DNA of 64,000 nt from Candidatus Obscuribacteraceae bacterium (GTDB lineage Bacteria > Cyanobacteriota > Vampirovibrionia > Obscuribacterales > Obscuribacteraceae), in contig JBGAHS010000010.1 in NCBI GenBank assembly GCA_044226015.1, positions 1 through 64,000 on the forward strand, in the 5' to 3' direction. This document shows, piece after piece, positions 52,301 to 58,068 of the stretch. Each line of letters begins with the position of its first letter. Positions within the stretch are counted from its first letter, which is position 1. The notes beneath the pieces are model-generated. The model did not search any database and was not told the origin of the DNA. It saw only the letters and a program-made list of their open reading frames with translations. The translations under genes and the position numbers were made by a program.

Positions 52301-54839
52301 GTTGAGAAGTAATAGCGGCTCAATCACCGCTAATGTCAACACTTCGAACCTGTCGGTTAACACTGGTGGCAGCGCTGCTGTATCTGTCACGAATTCGCGC
52401 CCAGGTTTACTGACCTTAAGTGCATCATCTGCCGGTGGCAACTTTACCGTGAAAAACACTGCAGCCAATAGTGGAATAAGCGTTGCAGGCAGTATCGTCT
52501 CGGCAAATCTCAGCAATGGCGTCGTGTCACTCACGGCTAGCGGAACAGGCACCGTCACCGATGCCAACGTATCTGGCACTGATTTCATACAAGGCGCCAC
52601 TGTTAAGTTGACTACGGGAACCGGATCTGCCGGCATCGGCACCGGCACACTGAAGGCTGACGCCGTCCGAGTCAAAGCCAGCAGCCTGGCACTCAGCACT
52701 CCGGGAGTTATGAACATTGATAATCTCGGTTTAAATGCCGGCACGCTTACGATAACGGCTGCAAATCCTAGCTCTACTTTCAGCTTGCGTTCCACTACTG
52801 CAGTAGCGATTACTCCTGCTCTCTCGAACGCAAAGGCTGTAATAATTGATACCAGTTCTGGTGCCGGTGCAATATCGTGGAAGAGCACCGTCGGAAACAG
52901 CAAAACTGAAAGCATAGACTTAATCACCAGCTCTGGATCTATTTCCGGTGCTGGTGTGCTGTCAGCTAACAACAGTGGAACTGGGGTTCGATTCATAACG
53001 AGTACTGGAAGTATTGGTACTAGTACGGCTGCTGTCAAAACGAACAGTCCAATCCTCAACGTGCAGACAAGCAATAGTGCCTTGATCAATCTCTCAGATT
53101 CGTTCACTGGTGGTATCAGTGTGAATTCAGCACTCAGTTCCTCTACTGGTAGCATTACCTATGTAGGATCAAGCAAGACTACTTTTACTGGTGACATAAG
53201 TGCCTTGAATGCCGTCAACATCAAGACTACTGTCGGTGGTGCCTCGTTCGGTGGAAACATAACAGGTAGTCAGGTCATTATCACAAGCGCCTCGAGCACT
53301 GATTTTGCTGCATCGAAGAACGTTAGCGCTTTGAATGGACCCATAACCGTCACACAGATCGCTGGACTCATGACGATAGGCGCTGGTGCTAAGTTCAGTT
53401 CTAGTTCATCTGGTCCGACTGCAAAAATCACGTTGCAAGAAAAGGCAAATGCAACTGGAGCTGGTATCACTATCGGTGACGGCGCTCAACTGGTCACGAA
53501 CGCTGGAGGAGTTAAAGGTGGCACTGGTGGGCAGATTATTGTTGTTGTCGGCGCTACTCTACCTGCCAAAGTCGCTGGGACGCAACCTTCTAATGTGACG
53601 GTAGATTTGTCCCAAGCCACGAACCCCGCAGTCAACAAAGTCTATTGGGGAACTAACTCCAGCAAGATATTAACTCCTGGTTCAAATGTGAACAAGCTTG
53701 CCATCATAGGTGATACCGCGATTCAATTCAGTGCGGGGTCGATTGCACCCATAACGCTTGCAGGTAATACGCAGATCACAGCAGACCCACCAGTCGCGGC
53801 TCTCGTTTCCTTGCCGATAATTGCGACCGGAGCCAGAACTTTGAGTTTGTCTCCTAGTGTTGGAAGCGTAAGCGCTGTAAATGCTGCAAGTTCTTCCGGT
53901 TCTGAATTCTCTAGTAATTCGAGCCTCAGACCATCTGTTCCACCTTTCCTGGTAGTGGATGCTAACCGCATTTCTTCTTACTCCTTAAACCAGAACATTG
54001 CGTCGATTGCGGCGTTTGGAAAAGCAATTGCTACTGCAAGCCAGGCGGATAGTTTTGACAGCTTCTCTATCTCAAGTAGGTCTGCGTTGCAATCGAACTC
54101 TTCTGAGCCAAGAGTGCTTCAGGGCGGCGTGACTGAAACCGGAAGTCCTGCTGAGACCGGAGGATTCGCTCAAACCGGAGGATTCGCTCAAACCGGAAGA
54201 TCCGCTCAAGCTGCAGGATTCGCTCAAGCTGCAAGATTCGTTCAAACTGCAGGATTCGCTCGAACTGCGTCAGTTTCTCCAGATCCGCAGGTAATTAACC
54301 AGGCTCCCAGAAAGCAAATAACGATGAACGAGGGAAGTGCTGTGTTCGCGTCTCGATGCGCCACTATAGTCTCTACCCCATTTGGAAATGTCGAGATTGA
54401 GCCAGATTCCCTCGCAATGATGTATGTTTCGAGTTCCTGTCTCAGTGTTTTCAATCTAGACGATTCGCATCGCGATTCAATTGTCGTCCGAGTTGCTGGT
54501 GGCGCGATAAAGCTGGAGCCAGGGCAGCACTTAAGCATCTCCAACAATGGTGCCAAATCGTTCGATGTGGTCAACCCAGTGGAATCGATTGGCTATCGTA
54601 AGGTAAGTGATGCCGAGCTGGCTGGCGGACTGAGAGTGTTCCGCGCGGAGTTTTCCGTTCCTTCAGCCATAAGCGCCATACAACCTTTGAAGCAACTCTT
54701 GAACACAAAATCCGCACAGGGGCTGAAATTGCGCAATCACTTGCTCAAAACATATGCGGCATTGAATCAAATGAAGCCTGGGCGTGAACGCTTCCAGCAA
54801 TATATGAACCCAAGAATGGCGGCTTTTGCTCAGCCATAG
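43338..54839 (+). CDS. Giant (3833-aa) Gly/Ser/Thr-rich beta-helix, haemagglutinin-like exoprotein
   Basis: Signal-like N-terminus ending AEA, many imperfect GxVxI / TGGI / ASSG repeats and a distinct ~170-aa globular C-terminal domain. Confidence 0.85.
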   Translation: MNMLNEGTLHRATPVWATVLAIATGQLFSLGAEAQGVRPGTMQPTQNNAAASSGSSALKDFNLAATVPIVHATKSGTIQIGGTVSNGVISGGVPLNIIAGQALTPAMNAALWQTATHGTQNLQLNSSGAAMAGSATLNSSWAANLTSLVVPKGVTVNAINFTASSPLNVANAADISGSVYALQSHPGMTAALNFNSDLHLGAGGLLSTNLPANSNLAGLYSSQNLTLSVGGNLVNQGRIDVAGTLSATVSGTISNVSAGSSLASLVAQNINLTSGTGTIINSGLISALNSLNIDSPDPAVDLNISNAGGVLQAIGTRNPLTGLLEGGALNIRADGAAVEAANVRVLDGQLRANDGINVFGKNINMFTDMIDGRVNIKGSAAHLGVANGELILGDQILSGDPTYSNANGNIVIDGTFTTSSANPDLAIIAGGNITDTNSGLPFGLNSTNGGSLLLAAGVSGISANLVNDTTTTILFVTTPNTTTGGGSIIFSGMLKNGINTSSAGNGGNVTLLALQGTNPTAGRIDLQSGGINVSGSGSNNNGNVTIIANAAAGSSAIQNIGPINAFGTGSGSVVISASAPAFGPVVVKNGAITAGTITASSLSGGSISVGGDINSTGSVKVQSNGPISVQNIGLSNSPSTVQILSFGDTVSAKSINSTGAISVGTIASKGVTLTGNLTSLTGDISVVSGSGGIDASSSSVTTAGSVIVSSDSGDVSIGTINNSTSTSFAPVNVVSSTGKTTVGAINSAGGAVLIGNAFTASTGVVLNGDIVNTKAGTGGVVTVGTATGGIAGAGRSITTDGAVTILAVSTSSSGDVAIGDIFNAPGKSATVQIDASSGKVTVGNVVSASSVRLGNIKTGRGVVLNGDILAGDSGFGVTIYTSTGGIAGKGHSVTATGPVEIIASDTNSSGAINIGALNNISGSGDVLVASSSGSQTVGAINSNGQVTVGATSSTGVTLTGDINSSSLQGVSVTTGTGGIDGSGASINSSGGVSVLALSTTTSGAVSVANVSALNGDIFLNSASGTVKAAALYASGNITIGGNSTAGITLTGNIQSLGNSGVQILTGSGGISGANANINAKGNVSLFALNSTASGPVSFGSIVSQGAAGVSLTSQTDTMTVGSITAKGQVSIGSSSSAGLTLNGNIQSGGINGVQIVTGTGGISAGNASIQASGPVSVQALDKTISGNLAIGKIVSSGGAFDVSISSASGSVSSGGVNSSGNVSIGNSGTAGVILTGTIISGGSLGVSITTATGGVSASGQDINAAGSISLFALDKSSSGSISVGNLNNIQSGSGNVQVFAASGSIQTAGVLSAGSVTIGSTGSKGINILGDIVSGSATGVSITTGSGGINASGRTITAAGPVQVVATEKNTSGSVSVGKIDASAAVSAAAVLINAQGGSVGSGGVVTAGDVSIGSNNSSSVSLIGDVNSQGTNGVTILADSGAISTAGVKINADAGVFIGINKGTVNVGGITAGGDVNIGNSFSGTGVTLSGDITSGGAAGVSIGTATGGISGPSANINATGPVSIISTDFNNSGNLSLGSISSGASVQLSASSGTIKSGSIFAAGDISIGNTGGAKGITVNGSITSQGLNGVVINTFTGGIVVGADISSAGQVVVAALSNTNSGAVTVGAITNNAAVQIDSSSGTVTSGSITSSGDVSLGNLKGAKGVFINGDIYSTGSNGIQISTSSGGVDGSNANISATASVSVLASANLNSGAIKIGSISASGTNSSIQIDSSSGTVSAGSLNAVGNVSVGNITNGKGITLNGDISAGLSGVNVFTGSGGIAGSKSNIVATGPVSILASDSFNSGSVAIGSVSTTGAKSDVQIVSQSDSVTAGAIDADGNLSVRSISGKGVTLLGNVSSNGLAGVIITTGTGGIAAANSSINGTGPVVVSTADSINSGAINVGPIISNGTVTLDSKSGTISSAGIQSGGAVTIGNSISGKAVNITGVVTNVLGTGDISISTGNGAISSSADIIAAGALNVTAIGSVSISGMAASQKSDITIIGQSGFGLNAVSLGDLSATGAITVTANGGGNLAINATTVQSGKSATFSATSVGAVNFNGGSMNSVDSLTFNAGAVNIGAFSAVSASNGPITFNSDRVSIGLLATVTAPQINFNGQTLDGTVAANSNMSLSNSGTVQSTNGDITIASAAGQDLKLTGNGTGKFVAPTSTLINNTATVSGTRPTPAMILGPGNQEFVVGDGLSPGGSVAFNAGSITINPGVNYLFSNDFSSVQLNTSKLSGNPAQFVIHPNGGNPNSKITVVSTGGGTIANSAGPVNLGSFDLNFSGPLTIISSSDIVSAGPLTIRLSGTGADINLIAGFDFLPATSGQEGPDSKTRLVSGISTGGSISLGLVNIQADSFGAGNIFAVAGNGTVSGTGAISLGSLSSGGTQGSGGNVRLLGTTISVGAIDTRGPGGAGSVIVQAANTIFGGGIITAGQLSGSFVGTGVGGAVNVSDIQAGTNSVSLTGQTVSSSGTISAGALTVQAFSTVNLPSTQIGKFTVSTAGAVTINNNGNLILNSVSSRGLTLQNAGNVTLAGALTNTGLTPVSLILSSGTFSNNGNVLSNVSGDVNITADDINLTGSISIAGQKVVLQPYTSTLPIVIGTKTGPALAISNSAISSLVGQITIGSKNSTGGISVNSPLTQSNTIILNLVQGAVNGTAFAQNAAINLTGAGSILSVKADSGTLNVGAVSNTTGFVSFTTDGVGSSIVLTGGFPAAHGITLDAKTGTLSGLPQSPALITPLRDASGNGGTLFLSASNLASQNLNVDVSGTGTGDGGLFSYNNYSTSTFNLSSADLQVNASGVNAGTIGISSSGNLTINTSGMFNSGATGSGVNKGRGATFNFLAGSSAAGNLQIIGSLNANGVGTDGQGGSITLRSNSPTAFNIGSTAASNTNGIKGTLTVFGSGASDGSISVYNKGGGIISSTQALTAVRTLIFDTSGASAGTITIGKALGSSSTDSITLTAGGTGTILPGANLITGSTVSLRSNSGSITANVNTSNLSVNTGGSAAVSVTNSRPGLLTLSASSAGGNFTVKNTAANSGISVAGSIVSANLSNGVVSLTASGTGTVTDANVSGTDFIQGATVKLTTGTGSAGIGTGTLKADAVRVKASSLALSTPGVMNIDNLGLNAGTLTITAANPSSTFSLRSTTAVAITPALSNAKAVIIDTSSGAGAISWKSTVGNSKTESIDLITSSGSISGAGVLSANNSGTGVRFITSTGSIGTSTAAVKTNSPILNVQTSNSALINLSDSFTGGISVNSALSSSTGSITYVGSSKTTFTGDISALNAVNIKTTVGGASFGGNITGSQVIITSASSTDFAASKNVSALNGPITVTQIAGLMTIGAGAKFSSSSSGPTAKITLQEKANATGAGITIGDGAQLVTNAGGVKGGTGGQIIVVVGATLPAKVAGTQPSNVTVDLSQATNPAVNKVYWGTNSSKILTPGSNVNKLAIIGDTAIQFSAGSIAPITLAGNTQITADPPVAALVSLPIIATGARTLSLSPSVGSVSAVNAASSSGSEFSSNSSLRPSVPPFLVVDANRISSYSLNQNIASIAAFGKAIATASQADSFDSFSISSRSALQSNSSEPRVLQGGVTETGSPAETGGFAQTGGFAQTGRSAQAAGFAQAARFVQTAGFARTASVSPDPQVINQAPRKQITMNEGSAVFASRCATIVSTPFGNVEIEPDSLAMMYVSSSCLSVFNLDDSHRDSIVVRVAGGAIKLEPGQHLSISNNGAKSFDVVNPVESIGYRKVSDAELAGGLRVFRAEFSVPSAISAIQPLKQLLNTKSAQGLKLRNHLLKTYAALNQMKPGRERFQQYMNPRMAAFAQP

Positions 54840-54879
54840 TGGCTGTGTACAGGCTAGAACTCAGAAGCCACTCCATGTT

Positions 54880-55275
54880 TGGTCGAATTTTCCCCTCGTT
54901 AGGTCAATTTTGCCCATCCTGGATCGAAGCTGCCGAATCGTGGGTCGAAGCAGCCCTCACGCGGATCGAAGCAGCCGAATCGTGGGTCGAAGCAGCCCTC
55001 ACGCGGATTGAAGCAGCCCTCACGCGGATCGAAGCAGCCCTCACGCGGATCGAAGCAGTCCCCCTCGTAGGTCGAAGCTGCCACATTGTGGGTCGAAGCT
55101 GCCCCATCGCGGATCGAAGCTGCCCCCTCTTAGGTCGAAGCTGCCACATTGTGGGTCGAAGCTCTCACATTGCGGATCGAAGCTGCCACATCGCGGATCG
55201 AAGCTGCCCCATCGCGGATCGAAGTTGCCACATCGTGGATCGAAGCTGCCTCATCGTGGGTCGAAGTTGCCTGTA
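54880..55275. repeat. 21-bp tandem array, about 19 units
   Basis: GG(A/G)TCGAAGC(A/T)GCC core plus a variable 7-nt tail; 17 clear units from 54921 and two degenerate units before them. Confidence 0.92.
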
Positions 55276-55691
55276 ATAAAAGTTGGTAACTTGCTGAAAC
55301 TGTGGCGGTTTGCAGGCGATTCGGTTAGCATCTATATGTAGCGCATCCAACGCATTGATTTCGGATATGTCCGACTGGTGCGATGGAGCGTGGAATGAGA
55401 ATCGTTGGTTTGCTGACAATTCAGACGTGTCAATAGGCAATGATGCCTTCCTGGTATCCAAATCTGGAAAATTTGTACCCAGAAATGTTCTTCAACTCTA
55501 ACTTGGATGCGTCCGGAAAAGGTTGTTAGATAAGGGTTTGGAGTCAAGTCATGGGAAGACTACGCTAAGTTTAGGCTCGTTTAATTAGCCTTAAGCTCGT
55601 AAGGGTGGCAAACTTATTCTCATAAATGTCAATATGACTTTCTCGAAGCGTGTGAAGCTTTGAAGATATCGTCAAAAATCCCGCGAGGTAT

Positions 55692-56567
55692 GTGATGGCT
55701 GACCGCAGAAACGATGCAAAAACTCCACTTACAGGAATTAGTGGAAGAGAATCTGTGTTCGACAAGAGATTGAGAGAGTTCCGCAATACAGGCTCTTTCC
55801 AAAAGCCGCAGCCAAAGTCTCTAATCTTTAATAAGAAGCAAGCGGCAGATTTCGAAACGCCGTCAATGGATTCAAAATTGCGTCCTAAAACTAGCGAGAA
55901 TGAAGAAATCACGGAAATCGAAAGACTCGCATTTTACGACGAAGCAAGTGGGCTCCTGAATACTCGCACAACCTTGGGCAAACTCGCTCAAGAAATTCGT
56001 CGCTCAGGACGTTACAAACATAGTTTCTGTCTTTTCATTGTTGAACTCGATGGTTACGCCAATGAAGATGGACTGACACCGCTAGCTAAAGAAATGCTAT
56101 TCGCTGATTTTTGCAAGGTAATGCGAAAGAGTATTCGAGAAGTAGATATCATCGGTAGATTCGATGATCCTTCTGTTTTAGTTATCTGTCCCGAAACCAC
56201 TCTTGGTGATGCGGTGATCGAAGCCGAACGCCTCAAGAGCACCATTTCAAGCACTCATTTCAAGCGCGTCAGCAGCCATGCAGCAATGACCGTTTCGATA
56301 GGAATTTCATGCTACCCAGAACACGGAACAACTCCGGTAGAAATTCTCGGCTCTGCCCTTGAAGCAGCTCAACAGGCTGTTTCTTACGGTGGAAATGCAA
56401 TTGCGGCTGCCAAAGCTGAAGTTGCTGCGGCTGAGGAAGTCAAGCCACTGGTCGATTTCAGCCCAGAACTGGATGCCACTCCACCTCAAGTCGATATGTC
56501 TCCAAGCAAGGCTGCGGCAAACGAGATGGCGTTTGTGACACCGGAAGTATCAACCGTCATCAAGTAG
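55692..56567 (+). CDS. GGDEF-domain protein with degenerate active site
   Basis: AFYDEASGLLN, IREVDIIGRFDDPSV in place of GRxGGDEF, and TVSIGISCYP. Confidence 0.88.
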   Translation: MMADRRNDAKTPLTGISGRESVFDKRLREFRNTGSFQKPQPKSLIFNKKQAADFETPSMDSKLRPKTSENEEITEIERLAFYDEASGLLNTRTTLGKLAQEIRRSGRYKHSFCLFIVELDGYANEDGLTPLAKEMLFADFCKVMRKSIREVDIIGRFDDPSVLVICPETTLGDAVIEAERLKSTISSTHFKRVSSHAAMTVSIGISCYPEHGTTPVEILGSALEAAQQAVSYGGNAIAAAKAEVAAAEEVKPLVDFSPELDATPPQVDMSPSKAAANEMAFVTPEVSTVIK

Positions 56568-56593
56568 ATCGGAAAATCTGACTAAACCTTTCG

Positions 56594-56619
56594 GGGCAGC
56601 TTCGGCTGCCCTTTCTTTT
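56594..56619 (+). terminator. Intrinsic terminator
   Basis: GGGCAGC-TTCG-GCTGCCC followed by TTTCTTTT. Confidence 0.88.
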
Positions 56620-56820
56620 GTTCCGGGAAGCATTTGCTTCTTATGGGCTTCTTTTCTTACGGGAAGTCGAGAAAGCATTTGCTTCTTATGGGATTCTTTT
56701 GTTCCGGGAGTCGGGAAGCATTTGCTTCTTAGGGGCTTCTTTTGTTCCGGGAAGTCGAGAAGCATTTGCTTCTTAGGGGCTTCTTTTGTTCCGGGAAGTC
56801 GAGAAAGCATTTGCTTCTTA
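56613..56820. repeat. ~44-bp tandem array, five units
   Basis: TTCTTTTGTTCCGGGAAGTCGAGAAAGCATTTGCTTCTTAGGGGC-type units. Confidence 0.9.
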
Positions 56821-57039
56821 TCATTCCGGTGAGTCCGCGGCGGGCTTGGTCAGTTTTATGTAGCGCTTCCTACAATTTTGGTGCTTAGCGAGCTTTCTTG
56901 TGGACTTGCCTCCGGGGATGGGGATTGCTCGGTCTTTCGCAGGTTCCCTTGAAATTCGCTCTCATTCATTCTGTGCAGCAAAAGCACTTTTTCTTGAGCT
57001 CTGTTAGACTTTAATGCTGCAGTTCGTTTGGGAGGATCC

Positions 57040-58032
57040 ATGGCGAGGATTGTTAGATTCGAAAAGACTGGTGGCGCTGACGTTTTGAAAATCATGGAAG
57101 AGGAGCCGGCGGCTCTTGCAGAAAATGAAGTGCGCATAAAGGTCGAAGCCGTTGGACTAAACAGAGCCGAAGTCTTGTTTCGACAGGGGTTGTATCTGGA
57201 AAAACCTTCTTTGCCGTCGCGAATTGGTTATGAAGCTGCTGGAACAGTAGAAGCTGTTGGTTCAAAAGTCGAAGGCTGTAAGGTTGGCGACAAAGTAAGC
57301 ACTATTCCTGCGTTCAAGATGAGTAAATACGGCGTGTATGGCGATTCATGCGTGGTGCCTGAGTACGCTGTTGCGCATTATCCGGAGAATTTGAGTGTTG
57401 CTGAAGCTTGCTCGATTTGGATGCAGTATCTCACCGCATACGGTGCCCTGTGCGAGTTGGCAAAGATGAGTTCTACTGATTACGTTGTAATCACGGCAGC
57501 TAGCAGCAGCGTTGGTTATGCAGCAATTGAACTTTGCAGAGCGTTCGGAGCCACAGCAATTGCCACTACCAGAGGACCTGAAAAGAAACAATTATTGTTG
57601 GATGCAGGCGCCCATCACGTGATTGTCACGAATGAAGAAGACCTTGTTGGCAAAGTGATGGACATCACAAATGGAAAAGGAGCTTCGATTTTGTTTGACG
57701 CTGTTGCTGGACCAATGCTGACCCAGTTGGCAAAGGCAGCTGCGTACGGTGCGACGATATTCGAGTATGGAGCATTGAGTCTCGATGTCACACCATTCCC
57801 ATTGATGCTCAGTCTTGATAAATATCTGACTGTCAAAGGCTATACGCTATTTCAGATGAATCAGAATCCCGAATATCAACGACGCGCTGTCCGATACATT
57901 CATGAAGCACTCAAAAGCGGTCAGCTCAAACCGAAGGTTGATAAGGTGTTTGATTCGATTGAACAAATCGCTGAGTCGCACAGATATATGGAATCGAATC
58001 AGCAAAACGGAAAGATTGTTGTGAAGATTTGA
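57040..58032 (+). CDS. NADPH:quinone oxidoreductase (zeta-crystallin-like MDR)
   Basis: VEAVGLNRAE, GYEAAGTVEAVG, ITAASSSVG and GKIVV motifs; GGAGG RBS. Confidence 0.92.
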   Translation: MARIVRFEKTGGADVLKIMEEEPAALAENEVRIKVEAVGLNRAEVLFRQGLYLEKPSLPSRIGYEAAGTVEAVGSKVEGCKVGDKVSTIPAFKMSKYGVYGDSCVVPEYAVAHYPENLSVAEACSIWMQYLTAYGALCELAKMSSTDYVVITAASSSVGYAAIELCRAFGATAIATTRGPEKKQLLLDAGAHHVIVTNEEDLVGKVMDITNGKGASILFDAVAGPMLTQLAKAAAYGATIFEYGALSLDVTPFPLMLSLDKYLTVKGYTLFQMNQNPEYQRRAVRYIHEALKSGQLKPKVDKVFDSIEQIAESHRYMESNQQNGKIVVKI

Positions 58033-58068
58033 AGTTCTGCGATAGCGCTTGGAGAAAAACGCGAAGTA

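Noticed and set aside
44042..54574. Many antisense ORFs opposite the giant gene, and opposite lhr, pepN, clpA and the VIT gene
   Set aside because: Shadow ORFs expected from codon bias on the coding strand.
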